Below are positions 53,870-64,000 of a stretch of DNA of 64,000 nt, piece by piece. The stretch lies in assembly GCA_034780895.1 (NCBI GenBank), contig JAUZTB010000048.1:28742058-28806057 (forward strand), read 5' to 3'. This stretch comes from Rhynchobatus australiae. Its lineage: Eukaryota. The notes under the pieces are model-generated. The model had not been told where the DNA came from. It searched no databases and saw only the letters and a program-made list of their open reading frames with translations. A program made the position numbers and the translations under genes. Position 1 is the first letter of the stretch; each line of letters starts with the position of its first letter.

Positions 53870-55040
53870 TGTGGACAGATCCTATCAGTCCCATTTATTC
53901 CCCAAAAGACTGAAAAATTTTTCCCCTTTAAGTATTCCAGCATGTTGTCTTTTGGCAGTTTTTGAATCTGCTTCCATCAGTCTTTTATAGTGGTGCATTC
54001 TAGATTATAATAATTTGCTTTGTTGCAATAAAAAAAATTCATCCTCCTTGTCTTTGCTAGTTGCCACAAAGTTTTGCTGACCTTTACTGTGATACTTAAA
54101 CCAGGTTCTCCTTTTTATTTGTTCTTAATGAGTTTTGAGCACCTCTTATCCAATCTCTCAACTTCCTTTTGCAAGATCAACAAATGGCTACACGAGGGAT
54201 GAATGAACCTGCACCCAGATCTTGCCTGGATTGGAGGACTTTAGTTATGGGGAGAGATTAGACAGGCAGGATTTGTTTTCCCTTGAGTGAAGGAGGCTGA
54301 GGNNNNNNNNNNNNNNNNNNNNNNNNNNNNNNNNNNNNNNNNNNNNNNNNNNNNNNNNNNNNNNNNNNNNNNNNNNNNNNNNNNNNNNNNNNNNNNNNNN
54401 NNCCCTTGAGTGAAGGAGGCTGAGGGGTGAACTGATGGAGGTATATAGAATTATACGAGACTTTGGGTAGAATCTTTATCCCATGGTTGGGCTATCAAAA
54501 ACAAGAGGGGATAGGTTGAAGATGAGATCAAGAAGTTTTAAATAGGATTTGAGTAGAATAATTTTTACACAGTGGGTAGCTGACATCTGAAATTGCTGCC
54601 AGAGGAGGTAGTGGAGTCAGATATAGTCATTAAATTTGAGAGACATTTACTTGGGCACTTAAATAGGCAAGGCATAGAAGGATACAGACCAAATGTGGCC
54701 AAATGGGATGGTGTAGATTGGCAAAAAGATCGGCATGGATGTGGTGGGCCAAAGTACATGTTTCTGTGCTGTTCAATTCTGACTCTGTACTCTGGTACAG
54801 AGTAGAAAATGTCCAACGACCTTTCTAGGCCTGGAGATTCTTCTTAAAAGCATGGAAAACTGCATCATTCGCAACAGCCCACTTAAGATGAATCATCGAT
54901 TTTTAAGAATCTGTAACTTTATTGCTTTTTATTTGAAGCACCTGTTCAGAAAGCCAAGGATCAAGTTGCCATTTTAAAAATTCTTCCCAATTATCTGACC
55001 ACCTTTAAAAGATTTTGCATGTGCAACCCCAAGTTGGCTG
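53870..55040 (-). mobile_element. Old CR1 remnant, split by a younger CR1
   Basis: gtttttgaatctgcttccatca...gtgcattctagat (reverse of WNALxxxxMEADS) at 53.96-54.0 kb, with weaker continuation at 54.83-55.03 kb. Confidence 0.5.
54190..54790 (+). mobile_element. CR1 (HER1-like) 3' end spanning a gap
   Basis: LPGLEDFSYGERLDR.GFVFLE.RRLRGELMEVYRI, FFTQWV...LPEEVVESD, tail ggtgggccaaagtacatgtttctgtgctgt. Confidence 0.9.
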
Positions 55041-55439
55041 CAGTCCTTATCTGTAGTTTGAGAGCATTTGGACTTAATCAAGTCAGTAGCTCCCATAAAT
55101 ATTAGAACTATTAACTAACCTGAATGTTTAACACAACATGCAAAAAAAAATTAGGGGAAAAGAACTGATTTATTACCCCAACTTGCTTGTGATTCAAAAA
55201 CTGCTTGGGACCAAGGAGTTCAAACTGGAAATTTTCTGCACATCATAAAATTAAGGACTGGAGTCTGACTGGTTTCAGGGAGTAACTGAATACATTACTA
55301 GATCTGAGCAAATTTTGGTTCTGTAAATTATTTGTCAGAATGTTATTCTCTATTCTAGCATGATATTTTCTATATGTACTGAGTGCTTAACTGGCTACCA
55401 TGGATGAGATGTTGATTTACCAAGCATGCTCACATTTAT

Positions 55440-55752
55440 GCAGAAGGAAGCCATTCAGCCCATCCAGTCTATGCCATCTCTCTGAGCAATTGCACCAATC
55501 CCACTTTCCTTTCCTCTCTCGCTCTCATATGCCCATCCACTGTCTCTGCCCACCATTCATGGGGAGCAATTCTCAGTGGCCTTTTAATCTACCAGCCAGC
55601 ATGTCCTTGAAATGTTGGAGGAAACAGGAACACCCATTGAAAACCCATGCATTCTCAGGGAGAATGTGGAATCTCCACAAAGACACAGTGCCCAAGGCCA
55701 GGATTGAAACTGGGCTACTGCAGCTGTGATGCCCGAATGTTATCTGGTGTGC
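55440..55752 (-). mobile_element. HE1-like V-SINE
   Basis: ggaggaaacaggaacaccc...aaaacccatgc...gggagaatgtggaatctccac with tail gaagccattcagccc. Confidence 0.8.
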
Positions 55753-55884
55753 CCGGGGCTGTCCGTCAAATAAAATTCTTTTGTGATGATACCTAAAACT
55801 GTCCATGGAAGTCCAGCACTTTTAGATGGACTCCAATTATGTAAAGCCGAGGGGAAGAAATCTGTATTGGCACACTTGATTGGG

Positions 55885-56430
55885 AATCAAAGGAAATGCA
55901 GATTCTGGTCATCTGAAAGAAAAATGGGAAAAGCTGGAAACATTGATCAGATGAGCTGGCCTCTGTAGATAGAAATAGTTAACTTGTCAGCTCTGGGACT
56001 GGGAGAGAGAAAACGGGTTAGTTTTAGATAGCAGAGAAGATGGGGGATAAGAAAAGGTATCTATCTGATGAAGTAGACCCAATGTGGCAGTTATGATCAG
56101 ATCAAGCATCTTTGTATGTGTCAAATGTTACTAATGGTAAGGCTGTGGGACAGGTCAGAATACAAAACTGAGCTGAATGATTATAGAAGGAAATGGCCAG
56201 TTCTAATAAAGACCTGATGGTGGAGAATTTGATAATGAGTCTGGAAGGCTAGAAATTGCCTAAATGGAAAAGGTGTTCTCTCTTGACTTGCGTTGTAACA
56301 GTACAGGAGGACTCAGATTGATAAGGTCAAGTGCAATGGGGAATTAAACTGGAAGGCAACTGGAGGTTTGGGGTCAGTTCTGGCTCTGAACACAGGTGCT
56401 CAGCAAAATGATCACCCAATCTGTGTTTAG
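55885..56430 (-). mobile_element. Penelope element fragment (GIY-YIG endonuclease C-terminus and terminal repeat)
   Basis: Minus strand reads KHRLGDHFAEHL, PVAFQFNSP and decayed RK..EH.FHLG...PS.L.IKFS, then the gcagat.ctgg terminal repeat. Confidence 0.8.
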
Positions 56431-56794
56431 TTCCCTCCCTCCCTCCCTCCAACACTAAAAGATGCTAGGTGTACAAAAATGCACCAGCACTTTACGTGTC
56501 TGATGACTGTGGCATCAGTACATTCATTTTAAGCTGTTTTTTTNNNNNNNNNNNNNNNNNNNNNNNNNNNNNNNNNNNCCAGGTAGACAGATATTGGCAA
56601 AAATCATTGTTTAATTTTTAATTGGATGAATGTCAGATCAGGAATGGGCTAAAGATTCTAAAGTAGGTACAAACAGATTGGATTCTTATTGAACACATTA
56701 TATGAGCTGCTGACCTTAGTCAAATTGAATATTGTATCTTTTAATATTAATCAAGTCCTGTAGTTTTCATTTAATTGACTTTCTGGCCTGCATT

Positions 56795-57170
56795 TTAAAA
56801 GATGGTCTTGGTCTCCACAGTTCAATCCCTCTACCTCCATAATATCTTTCAGCTCTGTAAATCTGCTAAGGTGCATTCCTTCAGTTCTGGCCTCAAATAT
56901 TCACAGATGCAATCACTCTACCACTGAAGGCTGTACCTTCAATTGCCAAGGCCATTCCCTGGAATTTGGAATCCCCCAACTAAACCTCTCCCCTTCTCTT
57001 CCTTTTAAGACGCATCTTAATACCAACCTTTATGACCAAGTTTTTCGTCATTTCCTCTGGTATCTCTTTATATATAACTCAATTTCAGTTTTGTGTTTCA
57101 ATTTCTCTTCTTAAAAGTAGCTCCATGAAAGTTTTGCTGCATTAAGGGTGTCTCAAAGTAAACATTTTTG
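56795..57170 (+). mobile_element. Old L2-like 3' fragment
   Basis: ggctgtaccttcaattgccaaggcc...ctaaacctctcc...tccttttaagacgcatcttaataccaacctttatgaccaagtttt. Confidence 0.6.
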
Positions 57171-59221
57171 CTTTTATTTTTCATTCTGGACCAAAATTGA
57201 GAAGAATTAGAGAAAAGTCAGTTGAGGAGTGAAAGAGGGTCCAAAATTTTTGTTCTTTGCCAAAAGCCCACACAAATCCACAGTACATGCAAGGCATATA
57301 TATTCCTGCGAGGAATATAATGTTTTCATTGTGTTCTCTTGAATCACAAAGGCAGATTTTTTTGTTTTAAAACCAATTTTTGGCAAAATGGAATTTCAAA
57401 AACCAACCCGGTGCTTGGATTCAGATCTACTTTTTTGATTTGTAGATTATCTTGTGTTCTAGATGTATTTTGACCAGTTACTAGTTTCTGTAGACAGTTG
57501 TTTACTGTATGGTCCAAAGGATACAAAGGCTGCAGAAAGGTCCAAAGACTACATAAAACCCATTTCCATTGATACACCAGTGGGTAGTGTATGGGTGGTT
57601 CTGTTTGGCAACTCACTTCAATTGTTTCAGTGCAACAGTAAATTCCTCTTAAACAACATTAACACAGTGATCTGGAATGTCACTTATATCAGTGGATTTA
57701 ATAGTGTAGAACTAAGAACTTCAAGGTTTGAAGTAGCAGTTAGGAAATGCATTATTGGTTTCTAAAGTTGGATTTCAGTTCCACTTTGTTTAGATGACAG
57801 GTTAGAAGAAATGGGGTTTAAACTGGTATTTCCATTTCATAATGTTACACCTGAAGGAACTTCAATGTCGCATTTGAATGCACAGTTACACTATCACATG
57901 TTTGTTGTCCATCACTCAATGCAGATCAGTGTCTGTGAACATTTGAACTGCAGAGGTTGTAGCTTACTCTTGGTGTGAATTTGCTGCAAGTTTTGCACAG
58001 TGGTGTTTAAATTAGATTGGCAGTCACATGTGGAATATCTGAGAATATATTATCCAGAACTTTGAAAACTACTTACACAGTGCCAGGCTGGAATCCCTCA
58101 CTGTCACTGCATTTCACTGGTAAATGACTCCTCTGTATATTCCTGCATATATATGTGTATATAGTATGTAAAACAGCAGTATTTGGGATAGAACAAAGTT
58201 CTGTTTCATAATTCAAAGACAATATTAAGTCCCTTGAAGGCTTTGGAATTAAGCTTGAATTCTTAATGTGATCAATAGTTTTTTTTTCTGCATTTGTGAA
58301 TACCACAGGTTTGTGATTCATCTGCCAGGTTTCTAAAATAAATCATTTGGGTGGGAATGAATTAAACACCCTCTTCCCATCTCTTTTTCAGAGTGCCTCT
58401 GTCTCTGAGCAAAAGTTATTTGTGCTTATGGAAAAAAAAACTGTTAAAACAGGATGCTATTAGCTCATTAAAAGATTTTGTAGGACAATTTCTAGAACGT
58501 ACTNNNNNNNNNNNNNNNNNNNNNNNNNNNNNNNNNNNNNNNNNNNNNNNNNNNNNNNNNNNNNNNNNNNNNNNNNNNNNNNNNNNNNNNNNNNNNNNNN
58601 NNNTGCTTCAAACATTAACTGCTCCAAGAGATGTAACAAATCCTGACACTCTCCTCAAATGCAAGGGATAAAAAAATCATGTATTCCAGTTCTCTGCTGT
58701 CACTGGTGGGAGAGCATCAGAAGCTTATTTCTGTGAAAGTCACAGGTTAACAAAATTGTCATCAACTTGGCAAATATCTTCAGCTTAGTAATGGCAAGGC
58801 AGTTTATCAATGTCAGCAATATTTAGATTGTTACCAGCTACTATTGCTAAAATGACAACTATTTATCAAGAGTGTCTCAAGGTGCTTCACAGCCCTGAGG
58901 CCGTATGGAATTCACATTTCCAAAAGCTGTTTGAACAGTTATTGAGCTTGAAAGAAATCGTTAACAAAACATGGATGACTGTCTCTATATTCGGAGAGAG
59001 GTTGCGAGTGAGGCCAATGTATGTGACGTGGATGGGAACCTTGATGACAGCCATATCATTTAAAAAATTTTTTTTCATAGAAGCCAACCAAATAGACATG
59101 CTGGCTGCTATCCAGGAAAATGGATTGCACTGCAGCCAGAATCCCTTCAGGATGTCCTTAGTAAATGGGGAAAAGAGGGAGATATCATTATAACTAGTGA
59201 GGGGTATGTAATGTTGACTTA

Positions 59222-59381
59222 TGGAATTGTATTGGTTTATTATTATCACTTGTACCAAGGTACAGTGAGAAACTTGTCTTGCATACCAATCGCACAAGTC
59301 AATCCATTACACAGTGCAGTTACATTGAGTTAGTACAGAGTGCACTGAGGTAGTACAGGTAAAAACAATAACAGTATAGAG
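59222..59381 (-). mobile_element. Rex1 3' UTR (runs into gap)
   Basis: attggtttattattatcacttgtaccaaggtacagtg is the reverse of the Rex1 tail. Confidence 0.88.
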
Positions 59382-59481
59382 NNNNNNNNNNNNNNNNNNN
59401 NNNNNNNNNNNNNNNNNNNNNNNNNNNNNNNNNNNNNNNNNNNNNNNNNNNNNNNNNNNNNNNNNNNNNNNNNNNNNNNNN

Positions 59482-59945
59482 AAGCAGGGGCGGGGACCTG
59501 TGCAGGGAGGGGTGGGTGAAGGAGAGTGTGTTGAGAGGGAGGGGCTTGAAGGGACCAGGAAGAGAGTGAGTAAGGGGTGAGGGTGTTTGGAGGAGAGAAG
59601 TGAGAAATGGAAGAAGTAGGAAATGGTGTGAGGGCAGGGTGTAGAGTGGGAGGGGTAGATGAAGGGGAGGGGCTGAGAAAAAAGGCAATGGGTGAAGGAC
59701 AGTGAGCTGAGATTGGGGTGAATGAAGGGATGGGTGCAGAGAGGGAAGACTGGGTGAAAGGGTAGGGTGCTGGGATGGGCTGAGTGAAAGGGAAGGAGCT
59801 GAATAGGAGTGAGTGAAAGAGGAAGCAGCTGAGATAAATGGATGAGTGAACAATGAGGGTGCTGAGAAGGGGTGGTGACTGATGAAGGGAGAGGATTCTG
59901 ATGGGGGAGTGTGGGATAGGCTCTGAGGAAGAAGAGGATGTGAAC
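59482..59945. repeat. Purine/G-rich low-complexity tract
   Basis: Degenerate gggtgaagg / gagtga units, very C-poor. Confidence 0.85.
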
Positions 59946-59984
59946 AAGAGAATGTGTGTGTGCACATGCATGTGTGTGTTCAGC

Positions 59985-60270
59985 CTGGTATGGGTATTGG
60001 TATTGATTTATTATTGTCACTTGTACCGAGGTACAGTGAAAAACATTTATATACCGATCATACAGATCAATTCATTACACGGTGCAGTTACATTGAGTTA
60101 GTACAGAGTGCATTGAAGTAGTACAGGTAAAAACAATAAGAGTACAGAGCAAAGTGTCACAGCTATAGAGGAAGTGCAGTGCAGGTAGACAATAAGGTGC
60201 AAGGTCACAACAAGGTAGATCGTGAGGTCAGAGTCCATACAAGTGAACTGTTCAGTAGTCTTATCACAGT
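59985..60270 (-). mobile_element. Rex1 3' UTR
   Basis: ggtattggtattgatttattattgtcacttgtacc...caataaggtgcaaggtcac, nearly identical to 59222-59381. Confidence 0.9.
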
Positions 60271-60274
60271 GTGC

Positions 60275-60630
60275 CTGGGGCCCTACAGACCACCTGGTCC
60301 ATGCTGACCAAGATTCCCATCTAAGGTAGTCCCGTTTGGCCCATATCCCTCTTTAAGCTTTCCTATCCATGTACCTGTCCAAGTACCTTTTTTTTAAATG
60401 TTGTTTAAACCCGTCTCAACCACTTCCTCTGGCAGCTCATCCATATACGGACCACTCTCTAGGTGAAATAGCTGCCCCTTAGTTTCCTGTTAAATATCTC
60501 CCTTCATATTAAACCTATGCCCTCTGGTTCTTGATTTCCCAACCCTGGGAAAAAGAGTGAACGCATTCGCCCTGTCTATGCCCCTGATGATTTTGTACAC
60601 CTCTAAGATTACCCCTCATTGAGAAAAGTC
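60275..60630 (-). mobile_element. CR1 (HER1-like) 3' end
   Basis: ggcccatatccctc...ttcctatccatgtacctgtccaag...accacttcctctggcagctc...ttaaacctatgccctctggtt. Confidence 0.88.
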
Positions 60631-62869
60631 CCCATTTGTTAAAAGAACAAGGAAAGCAAGAGTGACCACCGGAGAAGATGAGAGGCAGGTGCCATCTTTG
60701 GAAGAACTGGGCCGAGCACTCTGTGTTTCAGGTTAGGCTTACCAGAGCCTGCACAAACTTCATGGAGCTAGCAGTCTCACTTTCCTGGGTTTTGCGACAC
60801 CACCTGGGAAACACACAGGCAGGGAATTTATGAATTCGACTACAGGCAATGGGGAATTCAACTTAAAATGTGAATAAAGTGTTTTCTTTGTGGTAATCCC
60901 TCTTGGTTTTGTTATGCAGGAAATTTTGATGTTGATGCCAATTTGTATCTATTTTAAAAAATGCTAATTTAAGCAAATATTTGTTTTTTAGACCTATCAC
61001 ATTTTCACTCATTTGCAGCCAAAGAAATGGAAGATCTTTTCCTTTTTAATCTTACCTCCACACTCCTGTTCCATACCCAGCAACTTTGATTTTCTCAAGC
61101 CCCAAATTCCAATAATTTTGGGTGAACCAAGTTTATGTTACAGCAGTCCATTGGTTTCATGGTTATCATCACTGGTGCTAACATTTTATTGCAGATTATT
61201 TAATTAAGAAACATAACATTTTACCAGTCACTGTGGAGGAACTTGAAGATTTCCCCCGATTTTATTATGCAGCCACTACCTAGTGCAAGTAGTTCTGCTG
61301 TAATGTGTGTTTCCTTAACTTGGTTATAACCCAATTGATGGATTAGGGAAAACTATTTGCATTATACAGGCCACAATGGCTATAGCACTACCATAATTTG
61401 GGAAATCTATTTAAATCTGTGCTTTGGAGGCAACTGCAGCCTGTTCTGCTATTGGGCAACTTTATAACACCAAGATTTCTTTGGAACTTAACTATCACAT
61501 TATAGCAGAACTATCTGTAGTTGATGTTCAACTGCGAGCACTTTTTTTTTCTCTTTATCCTTTTCATGATATAGTTTCACTCAATGGTACATAATTTGAC
61601 ACATGTGGCATCACGGGAAAAGAAAGTGATTATGCTTGGANNNNNNNNNNNNNNNNNCAAAAATGGCTTATGGCAAGGTTCCAGCAGGAAGGTGGCAACT
61701 TTCAATTCAGACTTGTAGCACAGCCCTTGTACTCCTCAGCCATATGATGCTGATGGCCTTTCAGGATTTCATTGCCCTTTGGGAGGGGTGCTGCAGGCGG
61801 GAGAGTAAATGGTCAACTGTGGTTTGCTGAGCACTGTATCCTTCAAGTTGTTCTGTATAAAGTAACCAAATGCTTCAATGTAGAACTATCTCAATGAATG
61901 GTTGCCTGCTTTTCCTGGACACCACCAATTCAGGTCATGTTTGGTGTATTTTCATTAATGCTGCAAAAAGTGAACTTGTTATGAATTCCTGTTTTTTTTT
62001 AATATAGTTCTGTGGTACTTTATTATATACAAGATAAAATCGCAAGGTAGGTACATTTGAACTTGTATAAGGAATGACAGGTCCTTGGTCAATCATTGTT
62101 TCCAAATTTATGCTGTGGAATTTTTACTGCTGTTCAAGGTCAAGATATTTGAGCCAACATATCCTGAAGGAGCTATGCTCTGTATTCAAGGTTGCTACAC
62201 CGGCAAAGAAACTGCCAACTGTTTTTCACGCATGCTTGTATTTAACTTGGCTGAATTGGTAGCATTTCTAAACTGACTTGAGGTTATTCAGGCCACTTTT
62301 GAGACCATTCATGAACTTGGAAGGTACTTGATTATACTCTGAAAGGAGTGCAGCATTGTAGAGAGTGTTCTACAGTTGAATGTTGAATCATGAGAACTCT
62401 GCTATACCATTTAAGGATCCCATTACTGATGTGACTATTTGAACTACAATTTTCAAGCATGGCATTTGGAAGCTTTCTGGATTGATGTCCTTTAATAAGA
62501 GTAATTGTAGGAGTTGGGTGTGTCCTTTCATCTTAAAAAAAAGGATATTGCTGAGCTGTGCAGCTCCCAGTTTCGGTGTCACACCTGTGCTGAGGTGGTC
62601 ATTATGCATTAGGGTACTATTTGCAATACAGGTTTATGGAGAGCAATATTTAAGAGAGAAACTCCTGTGTTTTAGCTCTAACACAATGATTTCCCTTCCT
62701 ACTATATCTATCCTCTCCCATTCTGCATGCAAATGAATGGTGGGTAATTATTGAATTCACTGTTCAAGGACCTGAATTGACAGTTTTTAAAAACTGGTTA
62801 ATACTATCAGATATTTTGGTAGGGTGGAAGTAAATAACCATTTACTTCCAATCAAAGTTTCTCAATCTT

Positions 62870-63153
62870 TGGCTGCGCTCATAAGCTGAGCCTTCTCCCT
62901 CTCCCTCGCGCGCTCTCTCTCAGAAGGATTTGTAATTTTGTAGTACAAACTCTAATCTACCCTCTTTTTTTCAGCGTAGCTCCTTGCTGAGCATTTGAAT
63001 CCTGAAATAAGAGGAAAATAGTAGAACAGATCTCTGGTATTGTTTCCAAGACACTCCAGCTGCAAAGGAAATTCTATAGCCATGTTTTTGTGCTAAATGC
63101 TATAGCTGAATCCTGTTGGGATAATATGCAGAAGGGCTTAAAAATAATAAATG
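62870..63153 (+). other. Candidate alternative first exon, possible start MQKGLKIIN (ATG 63126, phase 1)
   Basis: Small CpG patch (ctcgcgcgctc), A at -3 of the ATG, strong donor ATG|gtaaga. An acceptor-like tract also ends at 62974. Confidence 0.35.
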
Positions 63154-64000
63154 GTAAGATCAGACTTCAAGATTTGGAGGAAATTAATACGGGACAAATA
63201 TATTGATATTAATCTGCTTCTGGTTTCTTGCTGTTTGTACCCAAAGTGGTCCTTGCCGTTTTGGGTGTGGTTAGCAGCAGTCAGATACTGTTTAAAATCA
63301 TTGTGATCTGTGCTGGTTTCAATTATGTCTGTGTATCAAATTCCCTTTGTACCACTGAACTCAGGGGAATTCATTGTCTCTCTCAATGCTGTCCTAGTGT
63401 CTTGATGCTTCATGAGTTTTTACTGAGTTCTGCAGGTAATTTCTCCTCATTAGATGTTGGCTTGCTTTTGGAAAATGGCCTGGTGAGAACTGAAAGATGT
63501 TAGTGAGGAATGAATAAAAGGCCGAGAAAGGAAGAATTCGAGAACTAATTGGGAATGACAAGCCAAAATAAAAATAGAAGCTGGAGAGTCAGAGAGATGG
63601 AACAGATTGCTCTCATGACAATTGAGCTGGCAGGGAAAATACTGAAGTAAGGAGAGAAATGAAGCAAACATTTGTGTGTTTGATTTTTCAGTCTTATAAA
63701 ATATTGCTTCTCTGGTTTGAGTATTGGATTTTGTAATTTCAATTGTTTAAAAACCAAAATATTTTAAAAATAAGAGAACTTGGGACAGAATTCCTGTGCT
63801 GTTTTGACATTGTCCTTTTAAAATAATTTGCTTCCCTCTGGAAAATTTCAGAAGCCATAAGATGCAATTAATTCGACTTGAGCTTGTGCAAGCAGTAAAT
63901 GGCCAATTCATTTTGTTCTGATTTACCCAATGCTTGATCTAATGCAAATTATTCTGATTTCTTCCTAACATATCCTGTACCTACTAGTCTCTAGCATTTG

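Noticed and set aside
58810-59297. Overlapping 127-aa and 136-aa antisense ORFs
   Set aside because: No recognisable motif or convincing splice pair, and they lie in the antisense frame where stop codons are correlated, so co-occurrence is expected by chance.
59307-60020. Three overlapping His/Pro/Ser/Leu-rich minus-strand ORFs
   Set aside because: Produced by a low-complexity purine tract plus a gap.
62874-62884. tgcgctcataa shared with about 14126 (MRE-like TGCGCTC)
   Set aside because: A single 11-mer match in 64 kb is within chance.
1-64000. CRISPR arrays, operons, tRNA/rRNA genes, or a nameable host gene
   Set aside because: None seen. tRNA-like boxes belong to SINE heads, and I could not match the candidate exon peptides to a known protein, so no gene symbol is given.

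Overview
Draft-assembly vertebrate genomic DNA, almost certainly from a cartilaginous fish and probably a ray/skate. This is inferred from its repeat content: HE1-like V-SINEs, SacSINE1-like Deu-SINEs, HER1/CR1, Rex1, L2, RTE-BovB and Penelope remnants. The window is AT-rich, CpG-depleted and mostly non-coding, with 16 N-gaps. I recognise no intact host coding gene and no prokaryotic system. The main non-repeat structure is a CpG-rich promoter-like zone at about 14.05-16.1 kb. To its left lies a plausible divergent spliced transcript on the minus strand (13.26-13.5 kb). To its right lie several smaller CpG-retaining patches (21.4, 45.8, 53.1, 63.0 kb), each containing a short ATG-initiated frame ending at a phase-1 splice donor. 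These may be tandem alternative first exons of an unidentified gene whose body lies beyond the window (unproven). Also of interest are Penelope-type terminal repeats carrying minimal hammerhead-ribozyme motifs (one variant core CUGAUGC-A) and a V-SINE with a Rex1-like rather than CR1-like tail. Repeat family names come from recognition of motifs by eye, and boundaries are approximate.
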